A DNA stretch of 64,000 bases from Collinsella sp. (GCA_052033095.1 JBPGZF010000002.1:27597-91596); one strand, 5' to 3'. Shown: positions 9,766 through 19,698, numbered from the stretch's first letter. The notes: generated by a model from the sequence alone, not told the origin. Program-made: numbers and translations.

Positions 9766-10950
9766 TTACAGATGGACATCGGGATCGAGCATTTGAGCGC
9801 TCACGCGCATGGATGACGCCAGATTTTGGAAAGTTTCCAGACGCAGGCTGTCGATCTGCCCGGCGTCCTCGGCCTCGCGAACGGCGCAACCCGGTTCGTG
9901 GGTATGCGTGCAGTCGCCAAACCGGCACGCACGCGATGCCTCGACAATCTCGGGGAAGGCGCGTGCCAGACCCCGCTCGTGACCCACGAGCGGCAAACTG
10001 CGCAGACCCGGGGCATCGGCGATCACGCCGGCGTCGCCCGGCAGCGCCACCATCACGCGCGCGACGGTAGTGTGACGGCCCTGGTCGTCGCGTTCGCGCA
10101 CACCGCCGGTCGCCAACGTATCGTGGCCCAGCAGTGCATTGAGCAGCGTCGACTTGCCGGCACCCGACTCGCCCAGAATCATGGCGCAGCTCCCGGCAGG
10201 CACGCAGGCACGGACCTCGTCCAGACCGCGGCCCTCGGCAGAAGACGTCACGATCACGCGCACGTCCGGACCCACCAGACGGCGCACGCGGTCCAGATCG
10301 CGCTCGAGCTCATCGGCCTCGCAGCGGTCAGCCTTGGTGAGCACCACCACCGGCTCGGCATCGCAGTCGAGCGCCAACACCAGCGAGCGCGCCACACGGT
10401 CGAGCAGCACCTCGCCGGCACCGAGCGCCTGCACGATTAGCACGCTATCCACGTTGGAGCAGAGCACCTGGCGCTCTCCGCGGGCACGGCCGCGCCAACG
10501 CTCAAAGCTCGTACGGCGCGGCAGTACGCATTCAATCACGCCCATATCGTGCCCGGGAGCGCGGCGCACCGCCACACGATCGCCCACGGCAGGCAGCAGG
10601 ACCTCGTCCCCACCGCGCGACTTGGCAAATCCCACGGCATGCTCGGCGCGGAAGGTATCGTCGGCAGTCGCCACCAGCGGAAACCCACGATCCAAGCGCA
10701 CCACGGCGCCAAGCTGCATCTGCTCGGGCTCCTCGGCATGTGCGCAGAAATCATCAAAGGCAGCCTGCTGAGCTTCATCGACCGGCAGGTCATCGAACGC
10801 CGGAACGTCCTGCAGCGCGTCGAGTCCCGGCACGCTCGCCAGCAGCTCCTCGGCAGACGCGGGAGCCTCGGTCGCGAGCTTCCGACGACGATCGCGCTTA
10901 GCCCGCGCCCCCGTCGTCTTTTTCTTCGCCTTAGCCTTAGCCTTGCCCAC
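9766..10950 (-). CDS. rsgA: Ribosome small subunit-dependent GTPase A
   Basis: Circularly permuted GTPase: TKAD, GESGAGKST, GRHTT, DAPG, and C-terminal CRFGDCTHTHEPGC. GTG start with GGGAGG RBS. Confidence 0.93.
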   Translation of the reverse strand: MGKAKAKAKKKTTGARAKRDRRRKLATEAPASAEELLASVPGLDALQDVPAFDDLPVDEAQQAAFDDFCAHAEEPEQMQLGAVVRLDRGFPLVATADDTFRAEHAVGFAKSRGGDEVLLPAVGDRVAVRRAPGHDMGVIECVLPRRTSFERWRGRARGERQVLCSNVDSVLIVQALGAGEVLLDRVARSLVLALDCDAEPVVVLTKADRCEADELERDLDRVRRLVGPDVRVIVTSSAEGRGLDEVRACVPAGSCAMILGESGAGKSTLLNALLGHDTLATGGVRERDDQGRHTTVARVMVALPGDAGVIADAPGLRSLPLVGHERGLARAFPEIVEASRACRFGDCTHTHEPGCAVREAEDAGQIDSLRLETFQNLASSMRVSAQMLDPDVHL

Positions 10951-10998
10951 AGATGCCTCCCAGCACAAAACCACACAACTGAGCAGGTATTTTAAATC

Positions 10999-11032
10999 AA
11001 AAAGAGCTGGCCGGGCAAAGCCCGACCAGCTC
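10999..11032 (-). terminator. Intrinsic terminator after the P-type ATPase
   Basis: gagctgg-c-cgggc/gcccg-a-ccagctc stem with a T-run on the minus strand. Confidence 0.65.
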
Positions 11033-11053
11033 ACAAACTTTCCCTTAGCCAAT

Positions 11054-11190
11054 GGTCCCGAGAGGTTATCCGAAGGCCCGCCCGCCGGGAGGGGTTTCTT
11101 CCGAGCGATCCCGCAGCGCGAAGCGCGAGGACCAGCGAGGAAGAAACCCCGCAGGCGGTCGGGCCGGTGGGAAGGATGGCCTTTCGACCT
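11054..11190. repeat. Long imperfect palindromic intergenic element (REP/MITE-like)
   Basis: Nested arms gaggttatcc/ggatggcctt, ggcccg/cgggcc, ggggtttctt/aagaaacccc; apical gcgcgaagcgc. Confidence 0.6.
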
Positions 11191-13870
11191 ACTCCTTCTC
11201 GACCGCGCGCATGATCGCCTTGTAGATCTCCATCAGCGGGATGATCAGGAAGGCCAGGCCCAGGGCAGCGACAACGCCCTTGAGCTCAAGCGTCACGGGG
11301 CCAAAGAACATCTCGGCAAGCGTCGGCTGCACGGTTACGATCACCGTCAGCACCAGCGCCAGCGCGGCGGAAGCCCACAGCCACTTGTTCTGCTTCTTCA
11401 TGGTGAACAGCGACGCACGACGGCTGCGCATATTGAAGCAGTGGAAAATCTCGACCATGTTGAGCGTGATGAACGCCATCATCACGCCTTCCTCGTCGGC
11501 ATTGCCGGCGATCATATCGGCGATGTGGATGTAGCCCATGTCAAAGTACACGCCCACAAAGAAGCTCGCCAGCACCAGCACGGTGATGATAAGGCCCTGG
11601 ACCACACAGTCCAGGCCCATATGTCCGGCAAAGACACCGTCCTTGGCGTTGCGCGGCTTGCGCTTCATGATGTCGCCCTCGGCGTCCTCCATGCCCAACG
11701 CGAGCGCGGGGAAGCAGTCGGTGACCAGGTTCACCCACAGCAGCTGCACCGGCTGGAAGATGGTAAAGCCGATGAGCGTGGCGATAAACACCGAGAAGAC
11801 CTCGGCAAGGTTAGCCGAAAGCAGGAACTGGATGACCTTGCGGATGTTGTCGTAGATGCGACGACCTTCTTCGCAGGCGCCGATGATGGTAGCGAAGTTG
11901 TCATCGGCAAGTACCATGTCGGCGACGTTCTTGGTGACGTCGGTACCGGTGATGCCCATGCCAACGCCAATGTCGGCGCGCTTGATGGACGGGGCGTCGT
12001 TGACGCCATCGCCCGTCATGGCCACGATCTGGTCGCGCGACTTCCAAGCCTCGACGATGCGTGTCTTGTGCTCGGGCTGGACGCGGGCGTACACGCCGTA
12101 GTCCTCGATGTGCGCGTCGAGTTCCTCGTCGCTCATGCGATCGAGGTCGGCACCGGTGATGGCATGGCTGCGATCGGTGACGATGCCCAGCTGCTTGGCG
12201 ATGGCCACGGCGGTGTCGATGTGGTCGCCCGTGATCATGACGGTGCGAATGCCAGCGTCGTGGGCCTCGCGGATGGCTTCGGCCACCTCGGGACGAACCG
12301 GGTCAATCATGCCGGACAGGCCGCAGAAGACCAGGTCGTGCTCGAGCGCAGCGGGGCTGCAGTCGCTCGGGACCTCGGTGTAGGTGCGGCTTGCCAGCGC
12401 CAGCACGCGCAGAGCCTCGTCGGCCATGGCCTTGTTGGCGGCCACGAGCTCGGCGCGACGCTCCTCGGTCAGCGGGACGACCCTGTCGCCGTCGTAGATA
12501 TGGGTGCACAGGCCGATCACCACGTCGGGCGCGCCCTTGGTGTACTGCTCGTACTCGCCATCCAAGGTCTCGACGATCACGGACATCATCTTGCGGCCCG
12601 AGTCGAACGGGGCCTCGCCCACGCGCGGATGCTCGGCAGTCAGGCCGGTGAGGCCAGCCTTGCCGGCGTCGTTGACGAGCGCGCACTCGGTCGGCTCGCC
12701 CACGGCCTCGCCCAGCTCCTCGTCCCACTGGGCATCGGAGCAAAGCGCCATGCCGGCCAGGAACTTCTCCTTGGGCGCAGCGAGCTCGTGCTTGACGACG
12801 GTCATCTTGTTCTGGGTAAGGGTACCGGTCTTGTCGGAGCAGATGGTCTGTGTGCAGCCAAGGGTCTCGACAGCAGAGAGCTTGCGGATAATCGCCTGGC
12901 GCTTGGCCATCTTGGTCACGCCAAGCGAAAGGACGATGGTCACGACGGCAACAAGGCCCTCGGGGATGGCGGCGACGGCGAGCGAGACGGCAACCATAAA
13001 GGTGTCGAGCAGGGCAGTCGGATCGGTAAGAACGTTGCCCACGCCGTGGCGGAGGATGTCAACGCCAAAGATGACGACGCAGATGACGATCACCATGATG
13101 GTGAGGATGCGGCTGAGCTCGGCGAGCTTCACCTGCAGCGGCGTGAGCTCTTCCTTGGCCTCGGCCAGGGCGCCGGCGATCTTGCCCATCTCGGTGTTCA
13201 TGCCGGTGCCGACCACGACGGCGCGACCACGGCCGTACACGACGGTGGAGCCCATATAGCACATGTTCTTACGGTCGCCGAGCGGCACGTCGTCGGTGCC
13301 GGCGGCGAGCTCGATCACGTTGGCATGCTTCTCGACGGGCACGGACTCGCCGGTAAGGGCGGCCTCCTCGATCTTCATTGTGGCGCTCTCGAGCACGCGG
13401 CAGTCGGCCGGGACGGAGTCGCCCGCCTCGAGCATGATCACGTCACCGGGCACGAGCTCGGCGCTCGGCAGGTGCACGAGCTTGCCGTCGCGCAGCACCT
13501 TGGACTGCGCCGCACTCATCTCCTGCAGGGCCTCGAGGGCCTCCTCGCTCTTGGCTTCCTGGACCACGCCCAGCACCGAGTTGACGATAACGACGAACAT
13601 GATGATGGCAACATCGGCAAAGTCGGGCTCGCCCTTGACCATGCCCGTGAGTGCACTGATGACGGCGGCAACGATCAGCATGATGACCATAGGGTCAGCC
13701 ATCTGTTCAAAGAAACGCTTCCACAGCGGCGTCTTCTCAGCTTCCTCGAGCTTGTTAGGGCCTGTCTTGGCGAGGCGCGAAGACGCCTCGTCGTTGCTCA
13801 GGCCGAGGTTCTCATCGACACCTTGGTCGCTGAGCACCTCCGCCGCGGCGGACAGGTATTCCTTTTGCAT
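11189..13870 (-). CDS. Type II (Ca2+-like) cation-translocating P-type ATPase
   Basis: TGES, IPEGL, DKTGTLT, KGAP, GDGVND, QLLWVNLVTD. Confidence 0.95.
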   Translation of the reverse strand: MQKEYLSAAAEVLSDQGVDENLGLSNDEASSRLAKTGPNKLEEAEKTPLWKRFFEQMADPMVIMLIVAAVISALTGMVKGEPDFADVAIIMFVVIVNSVLGVVQEAKSEEALEALQEMSAAQSKVLRDGKLVHLPSAELVPGDVIMLEAGDSVPADCRVLESATMKIEEAALTGESVPVEKHANVIELAAGTDDVPLGDRKNMCYMGSTVVYGRGRAVVVGTGMNTEMGKIAGALAEAKEELTPLQVKLAELSRILTIMVIVICVVIFGVDILRHGVGNVLTDPTALLDTFMVAVSLAVAAIPEGLVAVVTIVLSLGVTKMAKRQAIIRKLSAVETLGCTQTICSDKTGTLTQNKMTVVKHELAAPKEKFLAGMALCSDAQWDEELGEAVGEPTECALVNDAGKAGLTGLTAEHPRVGEAPFDSGRKMMSVIVETLDGEYEQYTKGAPDVVIGLCTHIYDGDRVVPLTEERRAELVAANKAMADEALRVLALASRTYTEVPSDCSPAALEHDLVFCGLSGMIDPVRPEVAEAIREAHDAGIRTVMITGDHIDTAVAIAKQLGIVTDRSHAITGADLDRMSDEELDAHIEDYGVYARVQPEHKTRIVEAWKSRDQIVAMTGDGVNDAPSIKRADIGVGMGITGTDVTKNVADMVLADDNFATIIGACEEGRRIYDNIRKVIQFLLSANLAEVFSVFIATLIGFTIFQPVQLLWVNLVTDCFPALALGMEDAEGDIMKRKPRNAKDGVFAGHMGLDCVVQGLIITVLVLASFFVGVYFDMGYIHIADMIAGNADEEGVMMAFITLNMVEIFHCFNMRSRRASLFTMKKQNKWLWASAALALVLTVIVTVQPTLAEMFFGPVTLELKGVVAALGLAFLIIPLMEIYKAIMRAVEKE

Positions 13871-13985
13871 ATAGAGTCCCCTCCTGGGATTCGGGCCACT
13901 CAGCAGATTGATGCCCGATCATAATTCCCAGGAGAAGGGCAAGGGCTCATCAAGGCTGCCGTGCTGAGCGGCAGTTGATAGTGGA
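13871..13985 (-). promoter_or_regulatory. Structured 5' leader with SD-sequestering hairpin and Pro-rich uORF (candidate attenuator)
   Basis: CTCCTGGGA/TCCCAGGAG pairs over the SD; an alternative helix is possible; uORF at 13900-13950; upstream TTGGCT-N18-TACCAT promoter-like site. Confidence 0.55.
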
Positions 13986-14312
13986 GCTATGGTACCCCAA
14001 AGCGACGCGTCTAGCCAAAACAATCGGTTTGGAAATATGGTCCGCACGCAACGGTGCAGACCGTGTGATGCTCAACATTGGTAAAACGTTTTTTCTTCGG
14101 CACATCGCCAAACTGACATATCGCCCAGATAGCAGCGGTTGGAGTGGTTGGTAAAGATTTTTCATATACCGTTTTTCCCGCAAAAAATGAACTTCCATTT
14201 CGGCATACGGTCGATTTTTTGGGGTATTCGGTCGGCATTTCGTTATAATCATCTCGGTTTTATTTCTTATGGTTTATCTATCAGCGCAAGACGATGTCAG
14301 ATGGAGGTCTGA

Positions 14313-15773
14313 ATGTACAAGCGCACTAAGATTGTATGCACCATGGGTCCCGCCTGCGATAGCGACGAGACCATCCGCGAGATGATCAAGGCGGGCATGA
14401 ACGTCGCCCGTTTTAACTTCTCGCACGGCTCCTACGACGAGCACCACGGTCGCATCGAGCGCGTCCGCCGTATTTCCAAGGAGCTCGGTCTGCCTGTCGG
14501 CATCCTGCTCGACACCAAGGGCCCCGAGGTCCGCACCGGCCTTCTGGTCGACGGCAAGAAGGTTGCCGTCAAGACCGGCGATAAGATCGTCGTCACCGCT
14601 CAGCCCACGTCCGAGGATTTCCACGGCACCGCTGAGCACATCTCCCTCGACTACCTGGCTCTGCCTTCCGAGGTCGAGAAGGGCTCCCTCATCCTGATCG
14701 ATGACGGCCTGGTTGCCCTCGAGGTCGAGTCCGTCAGCGGCCAGGACATGACCTGCGTCGTTAAGAACGACGGCCTGATCGGCGAGCGCAAGGGCGTCAA
14801 CATGCCCAACGTCAACATCTCGCTGCCCGCCATCACCGAGCGCGATCGTCAGGACATCCTCTTTGGCCTGACCGAGAACATCGACTACATCGCCGCTTCC
14901 TTCATCCGTGACGGCGAGTCCGTCCGCGGCATCCGCAAGCTTTGCCGCGAGAACGGTGGCGAGCACGTGACGATCTTCCCGAAGATCGAGTGCGCCCTGG
15001 GCGTCGAGAACTTCGACGAGATCCTCGAGGCTTCCGACGGCATCATGGTCGCCCGTGGCGACCTGGGTATCGAGATCAAGCCCGAGCTCGTTCCGCACAT
15101 CCAGAAGGAGATCATCGCCAAGTGCAACGCGGCCTACAAGCCCGTTATCACCGCTACGCAGATGCTCGACTCCATGCAGCAGAACCCGCGCCCGACGCGC
15201 GCCGAGGTTGCCGACGTTGCTAACGCCATCTACGACGGCACCGACGCCGTTATGCTCTCTGGCGAGTCCGCTGCCGGTAAGTACCCGGTCGAGGCCGTTA
15301 AGATGCAGGCCAGCATTGCTCTCGAGACCGAGAAGTACCTCCCGGCCCACGCTCCGCTCGAGGTTCCGGCCGACGCTCACGGCACCCGCGTCGTCAACAA
15401 CGTTGTGGGTATGTCCGCTGTGAACATGGCCACCACCGTTGGCGCCAAGTGCATCACCGTGCCGACGACCACCGGTCGTACCGCACGCCTGATCTCGCAC
15501 TTCCGTCCCAACATGCCGATCTGCGCGTTCTCCCGCCACGAGTGGGCCGTCCAGCAGATGATCATGTACTGGGGCGTTATCCCGCACCAGGCCGAGATTA
15601 CCCAGGGCACCGTCAACGGCACGATCGTCAAGGCGATCGAGACCGCTAAGGAGCTCGGCTACGTCGAGGCCGGCGATCTGACCGTCGCTACCGCCGGCGA
15701 TCCCCGCATGAGTGTTCAGCTCGAGGACAAGGTCTCCTCGACCAACGTCGCTTACGTCGCTCAGGTGCGCTAA
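14313..15773 (+). CDS. pyk: Pyruvate kinase
   Basis: RTKIVCTMGP, NFSHG, DTKGPE, MVARGDLG, ATQMLDSM, MLSGE. Confidence 0.97.
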   Translation: MYKRTKIVCTMGPACDSDETIREMIKAGMNVARFNFSHGSYDEHHGRIERVRRISKELGLPVGILLDTKGPEVRTGLLVDGKKVAVKTGDKIVVTAQPTSEDFHGTAEHISLDYLALPSEVEKGSLILIDDGLVALEVESVSGQDMTCVVKNDGLIGERKGVNMPNVNISLPAITERDRQDILFGLTENIDYIAASFIRDGESVRGIRKLCRENGGEHVTIFPKIECALGVENFDEILEASDGIMVARGDLGIEIKPELVPHIQKEIIAKCNAAYKPVITATQMLDSMQQNPRPTRAEVADVANAIYDGTDAVMLSGESAAGKYPVEAVKMQASIALETEKYLPAHAPLEVPADAHGTRVVNNVVGMSAVNMATTVGAKCITVPTTTGRTARLISHFRPNMPICAFSRHEWAVQQMIMYWGVIPHQAEITQGTVNGTIVKAIETAKELGYVEAGDLTVATAGDPRMSVQLEDKVSSTNVAYVAQVR

Positions 15774-15801
15774 ATCGCACCTGCAAGCACGCTTGCATTG
15801 C

Positions 15802-15839
15802 AAAAGGGCCCGGAAGGCTTTGCCTTCCGGGCCCTTTTT
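15802..15839 (+). terminator. Intrinsic terminator of pyk
   Basis: aaaagggcccggaaggc ttt gccttccgggcccttttt, a perfect stem that could act bidirectionally. Confidence 0.9.
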
Positions 15840-15975
15840 AGACCTTCTTCGTATGCCGCATCATCGATTTGTGTTCAGTCGCAAGCCTCTCCGATGCCGA
15901 GCGCACCACCGAAGACGCCCTGCGACGGGAGCCGTTGGTCAATTGGAATGAACTGTTCACCGTTAAGCCGGCCGG

Positions 15976-16824
15976 CTAGCAGCTAGCGATCAGGGGGACT
16001 GCGGGAACGTCAGAAGCAGCAACGCGAGCCGCAAATCCCGCCTCGGTCAGCTCGATGACCTCGGTAAACGTTACATCGAAAAACTCCTCGGTTAGCAGGC
16101 GATACGGCGGATGATCGGGCTCGCCGGGGTTTTCGCGTACAATCTCGTGCATGACGCCGATAGTCTTGAGCACATATTCTTTATGGATGGGATACTGCCC
16201 AAAACGCGTCGCAGCGGTATAGAGGCGATCGGTCGCACGCGGAATGGAAACGATGCCCAGCGTCTTGCCAAACCAGTCAAAATCGCCCTGCTTTTTAATG
16301 CGGAATTCCTCGCACGGCTTGCCGCCGTGTGCTTCCAGATACTGGTTCACACGCGTGTTCCATACCGTGTCGGCAAGCAGATGCGACCAGACGCCCAGCG
16401 TTAAATCGAGCAGCGACTGCGCCACATCTTCGGACGCAAGCGAGAACTCACAGGCGCCGGGACCGACAACCGGCTCGGCATCCCTGTAGCGCTGAGGATA
16501 GTGCACGCGGTTCAGTCGCTCGCGCTCCTCGACAATCGAGGTAGCCTCAGCAGGTTCGCCCGCGGGTGCGCCTTTAAGCAGCGGCGCCACATAGGTATCC
16601 CAGAACTCGTGCTCGCGCGGCTTAGGGATAGGCTCGGGCTTTGCAAAGTGCGTAATGCGATACGGAATGGGATCGGCGATGCCAGGGACCATATAGCCCA
16701 CGAAGATATCCGGAACCACGCAGCCAAACAAAAAGGCATTGCGGTCGCGCACGCTATCGGCAAGCACGCTAGCACGTGCCAGCAAGCGCTCCGTTTGAGC
16801 GATATGAATGTTCCAACTTGGCAT
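15976..16824 (-). CDS. Putative Zn-dependent phospholipase C/P1-nuclease-fold hydrolase
   Basis: N-terminal MPSWNIH, FLFGCVVPD, THF and GVWSHLLAD motifs. Confidence 0.6.
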   Translation of the reverse strand: MPSWNIHIAQTERLLARASVLADSVRDRNAFLFGCVVPDIFVGYMVPGIADPIPYRITHFAKPEPIPKPREHEFWDTYVAPLLKGAPAGEPAEATSIVEERERLNRVHYPQRYRDAEPVVGPGACEFSLASEDVAQSLLDLTLGVWSHLLADTVWNTRVNQYLEAHGGKPCEEFRIKKQGDFDWFGKTLGIVSIPRATDRLYTAATRFGQYPIHKEYVLKTIGVMHEIVRENPGEPDHPPYRLLTEEFFDVTFTEVIELTEAGFAARVAASDVPAVPLIASC

Positions 16825-16902
16825 AGCCACCCCCATAAAACCTGGTTAACTATACCATCACGGCAGAGTCGCACAGGCGGCCATACATACCCTACGCAGC
16901 AA

Positions 16903-17673
16903 CTATTCCGCAGCACCGCTTTCGGTTCCATACGACGGCACGGGCGCCTCAACCACATGGTGATATCGATCGATATAGATGGCACGGGCCTCCAGGCGGC
17001 GCACCAAATCTTGATGGTGCGTACTCATCAAAACCGTCTTACCGGCAGCAACGTAGGCCAGCAAAAAGTTGACTACGATGTCGCACGAGTCCTCATCGAG
17101 CCCGTTGGTGGGCTCATCGAGCACTAGGATATCGGGGTTCATCGACACCACCGCAGCCAGCGCAACGCGCTTCTTTTGCCCGCCCGAAAGCTGATAGGGC
17201 GAGGCATCGACCAGATCGGCAACCTGGAACAGCTCCATGGCATCGCGGACGCGGCGCTCGAGCTCGTCTGTCGGCAGCCCCATCTGCGCGGGGCCAAAAG
17301 CAACTTCCTCGCCCACCGTAGCGCAGAACAGCTGGGCGTCGGCATTCTGGAACACAAAGCCCACGCGCTGATGAAAACGCTGAGCGGCTGCGGAATCCTT
17401 GAGATATGCCGCATCGATCACGTGCCCGTCAAACAGGTACGCACCCGCGTCCGCTAGTTCAAGACCGTTGATAAGGCGCATAATCGTCGTCTTACCGCAG
17501 CCGTTGGGACCGAGTAGGGCAACGAGTTCACCACGATCGACCTGCAGCGACACACCATCGACAACCGTATGCCCCGCATAGGAGAACAGCACGTCGCGAA
17601 ACTCGATGAGCGGCACGCTCTTGGCGCCAGTAGCACCGCTCGCGCCCATCACGCCATTCGTATCGTTTGCCAA
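16903..17673 (-). CDS. cbiO: ECF transporter ATPase (NikO/CbiO)
   Basis: GPNGCGKTT, VFQNADAQLF, LSGGQKKR, LDEPT. TTG start inferred from a GGGAAGG RBS. Confidence 0.88.
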   Translation of the reverse strand: MANDTNGVMGASGATGAKSVPLIEFRDVLFSYAGHTVVDGVSLQVDRGELVALLGPNGCGKTTIMRLINGLELADAGAYLFDGHVIDAAYLKDSAAAQRFHQRVGFVFQNADAQLFCATVGEEVAFGPAQMGLPTDELERRVRDAMELFQVADLVDASPYQLSGGQKKRVALAAVVSMNPDILVLDEPTNGLDEDSCDIVVNFLLAYVAAGKTVLMSTHHQDLVRRLEARAIYIDRYHHVVEAPVPSYGTESGAAE

Positions 17674-17717
17674 AACGTCGCCCTTCCCTATCCACATCGA
17701 CGGCTCGGCCGCCCGCG

Positions 17718-18554
17718 CTACAGCACCGCGCACAACACGGCGAGCAGCACCACGACGACCGCATAGACCGCATCGCGCCAGCCAAAGCCGCTCCGCGCGG
17801 GAGTCGGATACGCACCGGCAAAGCCACGGCAAAGCATAGCCTCGTCCATCGCGCGGCTGCATTCCATCGCCTTGATAAAGGTCATGCCCATGATACCCGC
17901 GATCGAATCGGTACGCGAAAAACCCGCAGGCGCACGACCCACACTGCGCAGCATGACCGATTCGGTCAGATCGTGCGCCGTGCGTCCCAGCACCTCGATG
18001 TGCTTGAGCGCCATATCAAACGTAAAGATGACCTCGTCGGGCAGCTGTAGCGTCTTGAGCGCCGCCGACATGCGGCTCCAGGTGAGCGTCCACGAAACGC
18101 CCAGCACGAACGACACGTTAATGAACGTCTTGAGCGCGATCTTGAGCATGGCGCCCGCGGCAGAAGCGCCCAGCAGCAGGGCAGGCAGTGCCAGAACCAC
18201 CGCAAGCCCCGTGGCGCCGAGCGCCGGTACAAAGGTCGCACGCAGCCCGCGTACGGGGCGCACGGCAACGAGCACCAGCGCGATGGCCGCCATCAACATG
18301 AGGTACAGCGGGCTCTGCGTCAGACACACGCACAGAACGCAAACGAACATCCCCACCAGGCGCACCGGAGCCGAAACGCAAGAAAGGGCGCGGTCGACCA
18401 TCGACCCGCCCTCGTGCGCGCCTCCACCCAGGCGAACCCGCTCAAGCAGGCTCGCCAGGTGCAGGACATTCTTTTGCATCACACGATGCCGAGCCCCCGC
18501 GGGCTCGTAACGCTCCTCGGCCGCAAGCCAACTAGGCAGCTCGGCTATTGCCAT
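17718..18554 (-). CDS. cbiQ: ECF transporter T component (NikQ/CbiQ)
   Basis: Multi-TM protein with LRS and AMLCRGF coupling motifs. Confidence 0.85.
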   Translation of the reverse strand: MAIAELPSWLAAEERYEPAGARHRVMQKNVLHLASLLERVRLGGGAHEGGSMVDRALSCVSAPVRLVGMFVCVLCVCLTQSPLYLMLMAAIALVLVAVRPVRGLRATFVPALGATGLAVVLALPALLLGASAAGAMLKIALKTFINVSFVLGVSWTLTWSRMSAALKTLQLPDEVIFTFDMALKHIEVLGRTAHDLTESVMLRSVGRAPAGFSRTDSIAGIMGMTFIKAMECSRAMDEAMLCRGFAGAYPTPARSGFGWRDAVYAVVVVLLAVLCAVL

Positions 18555-19614
18555 GAGCACCGCTTTCCTTGACCGTCAGCGAGACCAGGCGGAATGTGAT
18601 GGTGAGCACCGCCACGCCAATCACGCCCGAAAGAATATACATCGCAGCCTGGCCGGCAAAGCCAAGGCCCTGCTCCTCGGAATAGGCCTGCAGATAATCG
18701 CCCGTGGGCAGGGCGTCGGCAAAGGTCGGGGTGTCGAGGCCGACCGAAGCCTGCAGGCTGTCGTCGCCAGCCTCCTGAACGGCGGTCGCGGCGCCCTCGG
18801 CGTCCCACTCACCCCAGGCGTCACCGGTGGCGAGCAAGCCGAGCGGCGTAGCCACGACAAGCACGGCGACCAGAATGAGCGTGGGAATCAGGGAAGTCTT
18901 CTTGGCGGTACCATTGGCGGCAAGCTGGCCATCGGCGGCTTCGGGGCCGACGATAATGCTCGGCGCCGTCTTCTTAATGAAGCCGTAGATTGCGGCCGTC
19001 GCCACGCCCTCGACCACACCGGCAACCAGCATATGCGGGATCAACATGGCCGGAATAGCCACGGACAGCGGGAAGGGGCAGTACAGCGGCGCGCCCGAAG
19101 CGTTGGTAAAGAGCATCGGCTGAATACCAAACTCGATTGCCGCGCACAGGGCCGCCAAGCACAGGCCGACCCAACCGCTCACGATGGCAGAAACCGAGGT
19201 GCCCCAGCTCTTGTCGTGCAGACGGCTGTTGAGTGCACGGAACACGATAGCAGCGACAAACGGCAGCACAAAGGCCATGTTAAAGCAGTTGGCGCCAAAC
19301 GACAGAACGCCGCCGTCGCCAAACAGCAGCGCCTGCAGCGCCAGCGCGACCGAGACAGCGATAGCCGCGGCCTCGGGGCCCAGCAGCAGCGCGATGAGTG
19401 CGCCGCCGACGGCGTGGCCTGTGGTGCCGCCGGGCAGCGGAACGTTAAACATCATGAGCAAAAAGGAGAACGCAGCGCAAATACCCAGAAAGGCCATATG
19501 CTCGCGATCGAGCGTGGCGCGCACTTTCTTGATGCAGTGAACCCATACGGGCACCATCGCCACCGCCATAACGGCATCGGTCTGCGGGGACAGGTAGTTG
19601 TCTGGAATGTGCAT
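18532..19614 (-). CDS. nikMN: Fused NikMN (CbiM-family S component plus PDGLE-like domain)
   Basis: Metal-binding N-terminus MHIPDNYL, GTTGH, and C-terminal LATGDAWGEW domain. Confidence 0.85.
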   Translation of the reverse strand: MHIPDNYLSPQTDAVMAVAMVPVWVHCIKKVRATLDREHMAFLGICAAFSFLLMMFNVPLPGGTTGHAVGGALIALLLGPEAAAIAVSVALALQALLFGDGGVLSFGANCFNMAFVLPFVAAIVFRALNSRLHDKSWGTSVSAIVSGWVGLCLAALCAAIEFGIQPMLFTNASGAPLYCPFPLSVAIPAMLIPHMLVAGVVEGVATAAIYGFIKKTAPSIIVGPEAADGQLAANGTAKKTSLIPTLILVAVLVVATPLGLLATGDAWGEWDAEGAATAVQEAGDDSLQASVGLDTPTFADALPTGDYLQAYSEEQGLGFAGQAAMYILSGVIGVAVLTITFRLVSLTVKESGAHGNSRAA

Positions 19615-19670
19615 ATACGCCTCCCGGTATCGGCGCACGGAATTGCAACGCCGCTTGAATCACCTTGCCA

Positions 19671-19698
19671 GTGTTACGTAATGTCATATTCGTAACAC
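19671..19698. promoter_or_regulatory. NikR-type operator
   Basis: GTGTTAC-N14-GTAACAC perfect inverted repeat about 57 bp upstream of nikM. Confidence 0.65.

Noticed and set aside
10943..13924. 993-aa plus-strand ORF, and similar long antisense ORFs over pyk, pheST, DUF4012, recQ, frlB and metA
   Set aside because: Shadow ORFs opposite well-supported genes, expected with high GC3 codon bias; no recognisable motifs.
13871..13985. yybP-ykoY or M-box riboswitch
   Set aside because: I could not find their conserved sequence motifs by eye; kept as an unassigned leader pending an Rfam scan.
15840..15975. Possible small RNA between pyk and the hydrolase gene
   Set aside because: No second copy, clear promoter or convincing structure seen.
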